DNA of 63,795 bases, filler included, from Octopus bimaculoides (GCF_001194135.2; 5 parts of 5 records of this genome joined end to end with filler, not necessarily neighbours in it), one strand, 5' to 3'; counted from the first letter of the whole stretch, positions 38,510 through 51,000 are shown. Notes: generated from the letters alone by a model not told the origin. Made by a program: numbers and translations.

Positions 38510-38515
<6 letters not shown>
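38175..38515 (+). mobile_element. CR1-like LINE 3' end, 5'-truncated
   Basis: Open frame NSLCFKAPQLFNILPGNVRDLHGIDVEVFKECLDRFLSEIPDEP...RRAAPSNSL typical of CR1-group ORF2 C-termini; flanked by (AT)n. Confidence 0.75.
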
Positions 38516-38547
<32 letters not shown>

Positions 38548-38570
38548 TGGAAATATATTTTATGGATTGA

Positions 38571-38624
38571 GTCTTACAGCTGTTTCAGGGAAGATCCAAT
38601 GCATCCCTTCATCGCATCGGAGAC
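38571..38624 (-). ncRNA. Degenerate minimal type-I hammerhead motif in a PLE-like tail
   Basis: GTCT-CCGATGCGATGA-AGGGA(TGCATTGGATCT)TCCCT-GAA-ACAGCTGT-A-AGAC; core disrupted by a CGATG duplication. Confidence 0.6.
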
Positions 38625-38899
38625 AGAAATAGTAAAGGAATCGATTATTACATCGATTATTACGATTATTACAAGCGGAGAGTTATTGTAGGAAGTGAGA
38701 GTGAGTGTGATGCGCTGAAAAAAGAAAGAAAGAACAGTACTTGGAGTGTAGCTTCATTCCAGTAGTAAGTATCCGTGTAAAATAATCCTTGTGGGAATTT
38801 TCCCCTTGAATTCCACCTCTCAAATGATAAAGAATTTTTTAGAGTAGTGTATTTTATTCCCATAAAAAGAAACCCACTGTCTATCTATCTATCTATCTG

Positions 38900-38938
<39 letters not shown>

Positions 38939-38939
38939 G

Positions 38940-38975
<36 letters not shown>

Positions 38976-41163
38976 CCTCTATTGCATGTTTCATTACAAC
39001 AAATAAAATATTGAGCAGTTTAATTCTAATATGTCACTTAGTGTATGTAAAGCAATCGTCATTTCCAGATTTTCCTAATGTTTCCAGTCTTAGGATTATT
39101 CCTGAGACCACGTCCTTTTCTTGTAAATCTTTTTTAATGAGATCAACTATTACAACAGTAAACATGCATTTGGAATCGCATGTTTATTGAATGTGTGAGT
39201 ATGTGTGTATGTATGTGAGCTTGTGTTTGTGTGTGCGCGCGCGTGTGTGTGTGAGTGTGTGTGTGATGTGGCCGTGTGTTCTTTAATAATGATGAATCAG
39301 GTAACTTTTGAGATTAATTGTGAGATTAACGACAAGAAATAAAGTAAATCGATCAGCAGGCAATATTGATAACATTAAATATTCATAAACAGATTAAATA
39401 AAACAAATGTTAAAGGTTTTTGATAAACCCAATATCTGAATTTCAGCTCCGCTTCATTCCGCCCTTTTAACCTGCTGCTATCACGAATATACATCACCTT
39501 CCTACAATCTGTTAGCGATGCATCATCTAATGAACTGCTACAAAATTCCATTATGACAGTATCTACGGTTCCATATTTCAGATATGAAAAAGAAAATTAG
39601 GATTTAAAGCAAGCAACAACAAAAAAAGTACACCAATTCGTTTTTATCTCAGGAAGTGGATATGGAATCTACCGAATCTACCCGGGTATTTCCTCTCGAG
39701 TAGAAAAAGATACACAAGAAAAGAATTGGATACAAATGGGATTTTCGTATTTGTTCCTTTTTTTTTCTTCCATTCTATAATATGTTAATGCAGTCTATAT
39801 GGATATGGGACAGAAATAAAGTGTTCAGGAAGGGTGAATTAAAATAATGTTGTTTTCTATAACTGATAGTATTTCATTTTCAACCTACTGTATAGCGGGT
39901 TCAATTCTGTTCAAGTTCCTGTTTTGCTTTTCGTCCCTGAAGTGCCGATAAAACTATAATGTCAGGTAAACATTCTTGTCGATGCACTTGGCTTAAGCGT
40001 CCCTCTGGATCATTAAGGTACTTGTTAAACAAGGTGATTATTTCGGTCAACGAATCCTAGTTAACAGAAGGGGAAACTTGAGAAATGGCCAAGAGATTGA
40101 GTTGACACACGTCCGATAAATGGGCTTTGATTCAAGCTCACCATCTGCGTCTCCTTGTATCACCATGAGGGAGAGATTGTTATGTGCGATGGAGAGACAA
40201 GATGGCTAATGTATAGGCCGATTCACTGGCGATAAATTAACGACAGAATCATAGGGTTAAAACCTAAACTAAGGTACCTTGGTTATTGAAATATTTATAA
40301 TTATCTCGTTACATCTAGGGAGGTTCCCACCAGTTCACATCTAGAATCTTGCAAACTAAATACAGAAATGAAGATTTATAATTATTGCAGCAGAGTAAAC
40401 AATTAACGGATTAACTAATTTGGAAATAAAACAAATTTGATTTGCAACGCGTACGAGATGTCTTTTGTTGAATTAACGGAAATTTTGCTAAGTATTGATC
40501 AGGTGATTGCTAATTCATAAAAAAATTAACTTTGTATTCATTGCAGCAATTTTGCTAACTGCCTTATTTCAAAATTTCAACCTGATACAATAGCTGCAAT
40601 CTTAAATTATTCCTAAGGCTTCATTAAAACAGTACTTCAAGAATTTGCAAGGATCACTTTCAGGAACCAGATTACAATATAAACCCCATTCTCCAGCAAA
40701 TTAACAGAATTATGGTAATTTCAACAGTATTAGGATTAAGAACTTCCTTAATAATAATAAATGAAAATAAGAACAGTATACATGGTCCTTATCAGGGTAG
40801 CCGTGCCTAGTGGGGACAGAGAGACAGTTATCCTCGAACCGAAGACATGGTCACGTGCTTACCACAAATTGGTCATTTTCTGTAAAGATATCCAAGGATC
40901 AGGTAGGGATATGAAACAAGATAACTTATTAATTCTATTTAAAAAAATCAGTTACTGTCCTTCCGATCAGCTTTCATGCAGATTCTGCTCGCCAAATTTC
41001 TTTTACCGAAACTTCATCGACTCGTGGCTCTAGTAGGAGATATTCAATGTGCCATGCAATAAAACCGAACCCGAAGCCTTATAGTTGCAAAGTGAATTGT
41101 TTAACTAAATAGTTAGGCCATGGTCTTAATCTTACAAGAGTATAATTCTTGTAGAAAATACAC

Positions 41164-42099
41164 GCATCCGACGTTTTGGCGGCGAGGTTGGCCCTAGACC
41201 AACACTTCAACACCAAACACGAAGGGTGCGTTATCAAGGCTAGGATGCGTGCTCTAAGGAACGAAAGTGTTGGGGCTGCGCGAGAGGCCCTGGTGGCGGA
41301 GGTGCAACAAGGTAACAAAGCCACCATTCGGTCTCTGGTAGATGAACAAGGGTGCAAATTACTCGAGCCAGGCAAAATGTGTGAGGCCTTTCAGCGGCAC
41401 TTTGCTCGACTGTTTGGGACGAGTGGCGAGCGAGAACGCAGGGTGGACTTCAGCGCCTACCTGCGCAGCCTGCCACAACTCTCGACAAGAGAAGCGGAGT
41501 GCTGCGAAGGTGCCATCACGGCGGCGGAAGTGAGGGACGCGATGGCAGAATGCTCGAGGGACAAATCGCCGGATTTGGATGGTCTACCCTACGAGCTATA
41601 CAGTTGTATGCCAGATTTGTTTGGAGACGTCTTGACGGCAGTGTACTGTAACTGGCAGCAAAATGGGAGCATCTCCGGTTTTGTGAGCCGAGGAGCCGTA
41701 ACGCTGCTGAAGAAAGATCCAAACAAGGGGGACGTAATAGATAACTTTAGGCCCATCACTCTGCTCAACGCAGACCTGAACATTTTGGCCAAGGTGTTAG
41801 CCAAGAGGTTGGCGCTTGTCATCGAGAAACTGGTTGACAAGGCGCAAACGTGCGCCGTGCCGGGCCAGAGCATCCACGACAACCTCCATCTGATGCGCTA
41901 CATCATAGAGAGGGTAGTTAAGGAACCTGGCATGGGTGGGGCCCTGGTTAATTTGGATCAATCGAAAGCTTTCGATGGGGTAGACCATCGATACTTGGAG
42001 GCTGTCCTCATAGCGGCTGGTTTCGGTCCCGTCTTCCGCGGCTGGATAGCTGCCTTGTACAGAGGCATCCGTTCGGTAGTTCGCGTCAATGGGCATCTA
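41164..42099 (+). mobile_element. L1/Tx1-clade LINE ORF2 fragment (linker plus RT N-half), uninterrupted frame, cut by scaffold join
   Basis: KSPDLDGLPYELY...NFRPITLLNADLNILAKVLAKRL...QTCAVPGQSIHDN...LDQSKAFDGVDH...GFG motifs. Confidence 0.9.
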
Positions 42100-42199
42100 N
42101 NNNNNNNNNNNNNNNNNNNNNNNNNNNNNNNNNNNNNNNNNNNTTAATTAATTAANNNNNNNNNNNNNNNNNNNNNNNNNNNNNNNNNNNNNNNNNNNN
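42100..42199. other. Artificial scaffold join (44 N + TTAATTAATTAA + 44 N)
   Basis: Same construct as 18794-18893. Confidence 0.9.
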
Positions 42200-42224
42200 A
42201 TATATATATATATATATACACAAA

Positions 42225-42390
42225 CACGTGTGTGTTTGTGTAGCGAGTTCTTGTGTGAGTTGTATCCAGGAATAGGTGGCTTATCTGGTATTCCTTGAAG
42301 ACAATTGTCCAGATTCTGTTTAAAGGCGATGGGATTCTTTTCCTCTTTAATCAGTTTTGGGACAATGTTAAACAAGGCACGGCCTGTTGA
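42225..42390 (-). mobile_element. CR1-like LINE 3' end remnant
   Basis: FNIVPKLIKEEKNPIAFKQNLDNCLQGIPDKPPIPGY...NSL. Confidence 0.65.
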
Positions 42391-42721
42391 GGAAAAAAAT
42401 GTGTTCCAATGTATTTATGTGTTATGATTCTGAATTGGGTAGCTGACGTATGGCCCGTGGTCCTAGCCTTAGAGATTCACTTTCTCTCACAGTGTGCGTG
42501 CGTGTGTGTATGGGTGTGTGCGCATGTGCTTACGTCTAGAGGGACAAAGAGGGAGAGAGAGAGAGAGAGAGAGAGAGAAGCATTATTTTGAAACATGTTT
42601 ATATTGAATTCTAACACCAGGTTATTAGTATCACTATACCAAAGCGAAAATATGTGTGTGTGTGTGTGTGTATGCATGTATGTATGTATGTATGTATGTA
42701 TGTATGTATGTATGTATGTAT

Positions 42722-42910
42722 AGTTGAAATTTATAGAAAAACAAAAGACAAAGACAGGTGTGTAAACAACAAGCAGGTGTATTAGTTTGACGCTCGGAAA
42801 AAATTAAAAAGACTTTTATGTTTCGAGCCTACGCTCTTCAACATAAAGGAATAAGAGAAAGTAAACAGAGAGAGAATAAAAAAGAAACTTTTAGATTTCA
42901 GCGGGTCCTA
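42722..42910 (-). mobile_element. PLE-like tail with a variant hammerhead motif (42813-42848)
   Basis: Minus strand CTTT-ATGTTGA-A-GAGC(GTAG)GCTC-GAA-ACAT-A-AAAG; tail ends at an (ATGT)n tract; homologous to 36688-36798. Confidence 0.65.
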
Positions 42911-43724
42911 CATATATATATATATATATATATATATACATGAACTCGTCCTGCACTTATATCGGCGTGGGTATGCGTATGTGTATGTGTGAGTGTGTGT
43001 GTGTGTGTATGTGTGTGTATGTGTGTGTGTGAGTGTGCGTGTGTATGTGTGAAGTATATGCGTTCATCTGGTACCTTTTATTACTCCCTTTATATCATTC
43101 TTTTACTCTTCCCTCCCTCTCTCCTCTCTGTGTCTCTCTCTCACTCTCTCGTNNNNNNNNNNNNNNNNNNNNNNNNNNNNNNNNNNNNNNNNNNNNNNNN
43201 NNNNNNNNNNNNNNNNNNNNNNNNNNNNNNNNNNNNNNNNNNNNNNNNNNNNNNNNNNNNNNNNNNNNNNNNNNNNNNNNNNNNNNNNNNNNNNNNNNNN
43301 NNNNNNNNNNNNNNNNNNNNNNNNNNNNNNNNNNNNNNNNNNNNNNNNNNNNNNNNNNNNNNNNNNNNNNNNNNNNNNNNNNNNNNNNNNNNNNNNNNNN
43401 NNNNNNNNNNNNNNNNNNNNNNNNNNNNNNNNNNNNNNNNNNNNNNNNNNNNNNNNNNNNNNNNNNNNNNNNNNNNNNNNNNNNNNNNNNNNNNNNNNNN
43501 NNNNNNNNNNNNNNNNNNNNNNNNNNNNNNNNNNNNNNNNNNNNNNNNNNNNNNNNNNNNNNNNNNNNNNNNNNNNNNNNNNNNNNNNNNNNNNNNNNNN
43601 NNNNNNNNNNNNNNNNNNNNNNNNNNNNNNNNNNNNNNNNNNNNNNNNNNNNNNNNNNNNNNNNNNNNNNNNNNNNNNNNNNNNNNNNNNNNNNNNNNNN
43701 NNNNNNNNNNNNNNNNNNNNNNNN

Positions 43725-43782
<58 letters not shown>

Positions 43783-43977
43783 GTATATCTATCTCGATAC
43801 CATGAATAGCGTGCCTAGAGAAACCAACAAGCCAAACGATATTTTGGTGCTGGAGCGTTGTATTTCTTCATATGAAGACATTATGATCGTTAATTAATTA
43901 CAGTAAAACGTTGGAAATACCTCTCTTCTGAAATAAAATGCAATTTACTTATTCTCGTACTGGTATTTCCTTAGGAT

Positions 43978-44295
43978 CACGGCTCAGTGGTTAGAGCGTC
44001 GGTCTTACAATCGTGAAGTGAAGAGTTCGATTCCTGTACTGAACTGCATGTTGTGTTCTTGAGCAAGAGCCTTATTTTTTTGTCACGTTGCTCCAGTTCA
44101 CTCAGTTGTAGAAATGAGTTACGAGGTCACTGATGCCAAGCTGTATCAGCCCCTTTGTCTTTCCCTTGGATAACATCTGTTGCATGGTGAGGGAAGTCTT
44201 GTAGGCATGGGTGACTGATGGTTTCCAGAAAAAAACCTTATCCGGACTATTGCCCCGGAAGGGAACTTTCTAGGTGCAATTCCATGGTCATTCGT
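43978..44295 (+). mobile_element. SINE with family C head and a different 3' tail
   Basis: GGCTCAGTGGTTAGAGCGTCG...GAGTTCGATTCC...TTGAGCAAGA...GTTGCTCCAGTTCACTCAG, then GCTGTATCAGCCCCTTTG...CTTTCTAGGTGCAAT. Confidence 0.75.
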
Positions 44296-44389
44296 AAGCG
44301 AAGTGGATGTTTACTATTTCCTTAGTTAAACACGTACGGGATTGATATTTCGTACGTTTTTGCTTTCAATATTAAGATAAGGAATTGAA

Positions 44390-44565
44390 GGCGACGAGTC
44401 GGCATGATCGTTAGCATGCCGCGAAAAAACGCTTAGTGAAATTTCGTCCGCCTTTGCACTTTGAGTTCAAATCCCACCGAGGTCAACTCTGCCTGTTACC
44501 TTTCAGGGTCAATAAAATAAGTAGCTTGAGCACCCTCCCTCAAAATTGCTGGTCTTGTACCAAGA
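44390..44565 (+). mobile_element. SINE family A, degenerate
   Basis: GGCGACGAGTCGGCA...GAGTTCAAATCCCACCGAGGTC...TTTCAGGGTCAATAAAATAAGTA. Confidence 0.65.
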
Positions 44566-44839
44566 TTGAAATCAATATTAAGATAAGGAATTATTCCGAG
44601 GAAACTAGAGTTTCTCTCACTCGCAACTTTACGTTTTGTAAAAAAAACTTTCCGTTCTGTCAACGTTAAAAATCACAAATAAATGCAATTATTCTGGAAA
44701 AACTAGTGGTTTTCTGCATTATAAAAATTATAATGAAGTTTCCCAATTGATTTATAGATAAATTAGTAAGATCTATTTGAAAACTGAATTTTTTTTGAGG
44801 GAGAGATAAAGAACATTTTTTGACTGTTGAAAACAAATC

Positions 44840-44842
<3 letters not shown>

Positions 44843-44930
<88 letters not shown>

Positions 44931-45093
44931 CATCTATCTATCTCCCTTTCTCTTACTTTTTCTCTCTCCCCACCTCTCTCTCTCTCTCTCTCCATCTATC
45001 TATCTATCTCCCTCTCTACTTTTTCTCTCTCCCCACCTCTCTCTCTCCAGCTATCTATCTATCTCCCTTTGTTCTTCTTTCTCTCTCTCTCTC
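44843..45093. repeat. (CT)n/(CTAT)n tract with an internal duplication
   Basis: CTACTTTTTCTCTCTCCCCACCTCTCTCTCTC occurs twice. Confidence 0.85.
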
Positions 45094-46139
45094 CAAGATC
45101 AATCCGAAGACACCATATCTTTTTCCTACCCACAATTTATCAGCTTAACCTAATCTTAACATTTTCAATACTAATTCTATTAAGACTGTTATTATTTCAT
45201 ATAAGTAATGCTATTATTCGTAGCAGAATTATTCGTCGTCGTTATTAAGTAGATATTGTTAACGAAATTATTCAAGAGAAAAAATCTTTCCGTCGTAAAA
45301 ATCGAAATTTTCCATTATAAAAGTTACTCTCCTGGTGAAGCGGGACTTCAGACTGGTTTTTTATTCTTCGATTGGTTTACGCATCTTTTCTTCTGAGAAG
45401 CCACTAATGAAAGATGCCTTGAAGTTTTTATATCTCGTTTCCCCTCTTGAAATACAAGGCTTTTTCAACTAGTTAGTCAAAACGTAACCAATATTTAAAT
45501 TATTCAAGGGAAAAATTATATTCCTTTCGTCTGTTTAAGATCAATGTGTAACTTTAAAAAGTGACGGCTTTAAAGGAATAATTTAATAGTGTTCGTAATT
45601 TCAATCCAAGATTATTGCAAGTTTACATCTATGAAGTTGCTTATAAACTATAAAATAAAAAGTTTGATTAAAAGTAAAAAATTCAGAGCATCCTATCTTC
45701 ATTCATCTTTAATTATTATAATGTGTTATCAATCGTTAAACGAAGTATCTGCTAATGAGCTGCAATAAGGGTTTAGATAAAATATCTTAACTTTGAACTT
45801 GTAGATTTAAGTTATGGTTAAGATGCTAAACTTTTAACAAACTACCCATGTTCTTAAATTGAAATTGAGAGTTTATTCACTCGAAACTTATATTTTTTAA
45901 TGTAATATTGATTTTCTGCAAAGGAAAGGATCATATTCTAGAACAATTTCAGTATTAGGTATAACTTGACTAAAAAATAAATTACAGCCGTCACTCGCAA
46001 GCGAGTGTCACTTGATAGCATGTACAATGCTTTCGCTAATAGATTTAAGCGCCTGTGCAATCGTGAGCAAGTATAAATGCATCTTTGGTCTAGTGGAACA
46101 TCGAGGATGTTACAGATAGGCAGAAAGAAAGAAAGAAAG

Positions 46140-46296
46140 AGAATGTACCAGCAACAGGTTGTTGCTCATTTCCAGCTAAGCAAACCGGGTCAACGTAAAA
46201 GTAAAACATTTCCCCAAAATGCAGACTTAATTCCATGATTCGAACCCACAGTTTCATGGTCGTGTAATCAAAGACTCTAACCGCCAGGCTACGCTT
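46140..46296 (-). mobile_element. Degenerate tRNA-derived SINE (family C-like)
   Basis: Minus strand GTAGCCTGGCGGTTAGAG...GGGTTCGAATC...GCTTAGCTGGAAATGAG. Confidence 0.5.
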
Positions 46297-47075
46297 TGAC
46301 TAACTAGTTTCAGAAGTATTTTGCTTCAGAATGAAACGAAATATGGACAACTGGATAACGTATTACAAGTGGATAAATATTTTAACTCTACCTTATTAAA
46401 GAACTCATTCAAAATTAATAAATCATTGACTTGATAAAGTATATAAAGAAATAGAGAGCGAACAATATTATTCCGTAATTCATGTCATGTCCAACTGGTT
46501 GGATAATCGAAGCAATCTTGGTTATTACGTCTCCATGTGTCTGCATGTGTTTCCATTTGTTTCCAAGAAAAAAAAATCAATAAGTCTCCGTATCCAATCG
46601 TTTGATTCAATGAAATATTCTCAAGATCAAAAAAACAAGCCAAAAATAAAATTTGAAAATCTTGAAAAGAAAATAAATGATGAAAGAGCTAAATAGTTTT
46701 CTAAAAACTGGCGAGACATTATTGAACTGTGAGGTTAAATAATGAACAACCTTTTATTCTAACATTGCAAAAGAGTCTAATTAGAAACATGGAAACACTA
46801 TAATATTCCTGATTTACTCTGTTATTGCTGCTGCTGTTGTTGTTATTGTTGTTAGTATCGCTGCCATTATTCTTATTTCTATTGCTGTTATTAAATAGCA
46901 AAACGACTAAACTCGAAACTATTCACTCAGACTCGACTCAGCTGCAGAACTACCAACTTTTCTTATTCGTTATCTGTATTTAACCAAAGGCGTGTTTGAA
47001 TTCACGATTGTAAACTGACAACATATTTCTCAGTTATTTACCAGCATTAACGCCCTCTCCTTACAACAGTTAACT

Positions 47076-47465
47076 GGCTGTGTGCTAAGAAGTTTGCTTT
47101 CTAACCACATGGTTCTGGTTTCAGTCCCACTGCGTGACAACTCTGGCAAGTGTCTTCTACTATAGCTGACCAAAGCCTTATGAGTGGATTTGATACATAG
47201 AAACTGAAAGAAGCCCGTCGTATATACAGATCTGTGTGTATTTTTATGTCTGTTCTTGTCCCCACCACCACCGCTTGACAGCCAGTGTTGCTTTATTTAC
47301 ATTCATGTAACTTAATGGCTCGGCCCAAGAGACCGATAGAACAAGTACCATACTTTAAAAAAATAAGTACTGGGGTCGATTCATTCGACTAAAAATTCTT
47401 CAAGATTATGCTACAGGATGGCCGCAATCCGATGACTGAAACAAGTAAAAGATAAACGATAAAGA
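47076..47465 (+). mobile_element. SINE family B, full length
   Basis: GGCTGTGTGCTAAGAAG head...CAGTCCCACTGCG...GAGACCGATAGA...CTGGGGTCGATTCATTCGACT...GACTGAAACAAGTAAAAGATAAA. Confidence 0.9.
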
Positions 47466-47513
47466 TATCCAGCCTTTACAGTCAAATACGAGATATACTG
47501 ACCCTGGCTGTTC

Positions 47514-47567
47514 GTGGTTCTAGTCAACATGTTAAGATATATATCTTAACATGTTGACTAGAACCAC
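47514..47567. repeat. Perfect 54-bp spacerless palindrome
   Basis: GTGGTTCTAGTCAACATGTTAAGATAT|ATATCTTAACATGTTGACTAGAACCAC. Confidence 0.95.
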
Positions 47568-47577
47568 AGAGAGATTA

Positions 47578-47898
47578 ACCGGTACTCTGTCGGTTACGAC
47601 GGCAAGAGTTCCAAGTGATCCGAGCAGCGGAACTAGCTGTTCCTGAAATGAACGTAGAAGTAGCTGAGCACTCCACAGACACGCGTACTCCTTCACGTAA
47701 TTTTCAGTAAGATTCATCGTGTCACAGAATGTGGCACGGCTGACCCTTTGAATTACAAGTACTACTCATTTTTGCCAGCTGAGTGAACTGCAGCAATGTG
47801 AAATAAAGTGTCTTGCTCAAAAACACAATGCGCCGTCCCGAATCGAACTTTCGACCTCGCGAACGTGAACCGAATTCATTAACCACTTGGTCACGCGC
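47578..47898 (-). mobile_element. SINE family C, full length
   Basis: Colinear with 36822-37123 across head, TTGAGCAAGACACTTTATTTCAC centre and tail. Confidence 0.85.
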
Positions 47899-48289
47899 CT
47901 TCACAGACAAAGTGGTTTTTACAGTGATGACGGTCGTAGATGTTAATGATAACTACGGCACCGAGATAACAATTACAATGTTTAAATTGTCGGTTATGTT
48001 GTTGTTCATCTTGACTTTGTTGTAGTTCATATCATTTTTGTGGTTTCGTTGTTTATGTTATTGCGTTCAATCTTGATACTGATTTCGTTCATTATACTGC
48101 TTTTTTTTATCTACCTTGTTTATATGGATTTTTCTTTTATATTTTTGTTGTATATGCTGTTGATTTTGCTATTATTTTTTTTTTTAATTTCTGCTCTTCT
48201 ATACATGGTGTGCATCTTGCCGTTGATCTCGTAGGTGCTCTTGCTGTCGTCCATAGTTTTCATAGTGTTGTTTTTGTTGTTGTTCACGA

Positions 48290-48660
48290 TGTGGTTTATC
48301 TCTTGTTATTGTTGTTATTGTTAGTGGTGCTGGATCATTACTGTTATGTCCGTTGTTGATTTTACTACTGCTGCTGCTGCTGTTGTTGTTGTTACTGTTG
48401 GTGCTGCTGCTGCTGCGTTTGTTGCAGCTGTTGCTGGTGTCGTTTTTCTTGCAGTTGTTCTTTTTGTTGCTGTTACCAATGTTGTTGTTTTTGCTGCTGC
48501 TACTGCTGCTGTTGTTGTTGTTGTCGTTATTGCTGCTGTTGTTCTTACCGTCGTTATTGTTGCTGTTGCTGTTACAGCTATTCTTGTTGATGTGGTTGTT
48601 GTGGATGTAAGTACCGTCGTCGTCGTTGTTGCTGTTGTTGTTGTTGTCGTTGTTGCTACG
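48290..48660. repeat. Degenerate (GTT/GCT)n low-complexity tract
   Basis: Direct reading; gives spurious poly-V/A/L ORFs. Confidence 0.85.
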
Positions 48661-50803
48661 CTTTACACACTCGGTTGAGTATTTATAACAACAAGCATTA
48701 CGTAGCGAAATATGAAGTATGCAAAGGCAACACGGAATATTTCTTTCAAAATCGTGTCTGTTTCCGCTCTAATGCACCACTTGCAATTATCGTTGCATGA
48801 CTGGAAATATAAGCAAAAGAGGGGTCGAAGAAAGATAGGGATTTCATTAGCTTCTTTAGTCATACAAAAAGCTTAAATATTTTAGGCGATAAAATAATAG
48901 TTGTTATAATGTTTTAACATTTCATCTCTTAAATGTAACACCAATGTAAATGCGAAATAAACCACCTCAGAAAACCAGGAAAAACCAAAATTCACACTCA
49001 CATTTTTGGGGAATTATCCCCAGTTCGGTTTTGATGGAAGAGTTAATTGAATTATTTGATTTAAACAAACTACGTTTCTCATTGCTTAATTAATCTTATT
49101 TAGATTTTTTACTCTTTTTGAATCTAATATATTATCACTAGCTTGGCTATTGTTTCTTCATGTGGATGGCGTCTCTATGTAATTTCTATCTCTCAGTAAT
49201 TCTAGTTTTTACACCAACCATTGTACATTGTTGTACATAACATAACGATTCTCCAGTCGTTAATTTCACAAATAAGGCCACCTCTCTGTTTTACTGATGA
49301 GGTAACAGTATACTGAAATATCTTCGCAGTTGTCTCCTACTATTGTGGGAATAGATTCAGGAGAAAAGTTTCCTCCTAGAAAACGTGTGACAACACATAT
49401 GGTTGTGAATGATGCTATCGGGTCGTAAGACGCACGCGTTTCAATGTTCTTTCGCATCGTCAGCGACAAACATCAAATTTCTCAGTCACAGCTCAATTAG
49501 AATAATCCGCTCTTATATTATAACAGCAAACGCTACGTTTGTTGATGCGCGTAAAGCTTTGTCAAGATAGAATTAAAAGTCGTACGAAGCAGCGTTAAAT
49601 GAAACATATACGTCTAAAGTCATAATCCACAAACTCGGGCGTGGACAACGTTTCCGCTGCGAAAATAGTCTCGAGAGAAAATTCTTCTCCTCGTCGGTGT
49701 TTTTTGAAAACTCATTTGGTTGTGACGGGCATCATTGAGTAGAATTCGTTGATATGATATAGGGCGGTAAATGACAGATCTGGTGATCGTAGGTAAGACG
49801 AGGAAGAACGCAGAAACGTATGCATCCTACGATCCAATGACACCATTAAAAGACTAACATAATTTCTCGCATGTCATCTAAGAAAGGTCTTCTCACGCCC
49901 AAGTGTGCTCGATCGTATTAAATATGCCTTTATGTATATCGAATCGGGGACCTCATGATTGCATGTCAACTTCGTAATCATTCGACCATCCTGTGCCCAT
50001 GTGGCTGGTATACACCATGTTTAAATAATGACACAAATATATCTGATTTGTCGCTTAACAAATTTTTTTAGCAACTACACTAGAAAATTGCAACGAATGT
50101 CTATTGATCATTGCTGAGTGAAATAGGCCTTAATTGACTTCATAAGATATACGTCACGTCACGAGCCATTGGTCAGAAATTAGAAATCAATTACGGAGAA
50201 AAATTAGTTACGAAATTACAAAAATATAAAAACAATAAGAAAAAATATAAAACGCTGAAAAAAAAAGCAATTTTCTTTCGCATTCCTTCCTACCGAAATA
50301 ACGTTTTTATGTCATTTATGTGTTGGAAAAAATAAATACATTAAGCTATAAATTCATTTTCAGGAAGAAAATATCAATCTTGAATTAATTATTTATATAA
50401 ACGTTATTTGCTTTGCTTTTTACGCCAGAAAAAAAAAACACTGGACAAAAATGGAAGGTATAATGAAATTAAGAAAGAATATAACAATAGAAAATAAACA
50501 TTTTCCGAAAAAAATTGGGTCGAAATTAGTTGTAAATCAGTGAAAAGAACACAAAAATATGTGAAGTATTATTAATCATCGCTGTAAAAACATAAAAAAT
50601 AAAAACAAAAGAAAGCGAAGGAAAATGCTGTAAATTGGGGAGTGAATATATATGTGTGTTCTTGGTATATCTGTACTATTATTGATTGACTTAAAATTGA
50701 TATCAAATGACTAGCTAAATCTTATTATTGTAGTTAATTGCTTATTAAAATAAAAGAAAACAAAAGAAGTCATTAATGATAGTATTATTATCATTATTAT
50801 TAA

Positions 50804-51000
50804 GGTGGCGAGCACACTGGATGAAATGCTTGGCGGTATTTCGCCCGTCGTTACGTTCTGAGTTCAAATTCCGCCGAGGTCGACTTTGTCTTTCATCCTT
50901 TCGGGGTCGATAAATTAAGTACCAGTGAAACACTGGAGTCTATATAATGGACTGGTCTCCTCCCACCAAGTGTCACGCTTTGTGTCCTCAGTAGAAAGGA
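50804..51000 (+). mobile_element. SINE family A
   Basis: GAGTTCAAATTCCGCCGAGGTCGACTTTGTCTTTCATCCTTTCGGGGTCGATAAATTAAGTACCAG. Confidence 0.9.

Noticed and set aside
46298-46330. GAAACTAGTT half-motif on the minus strand
   Set aside because: The core is incomplete (CTGAAGC) and there is no stem I partner.
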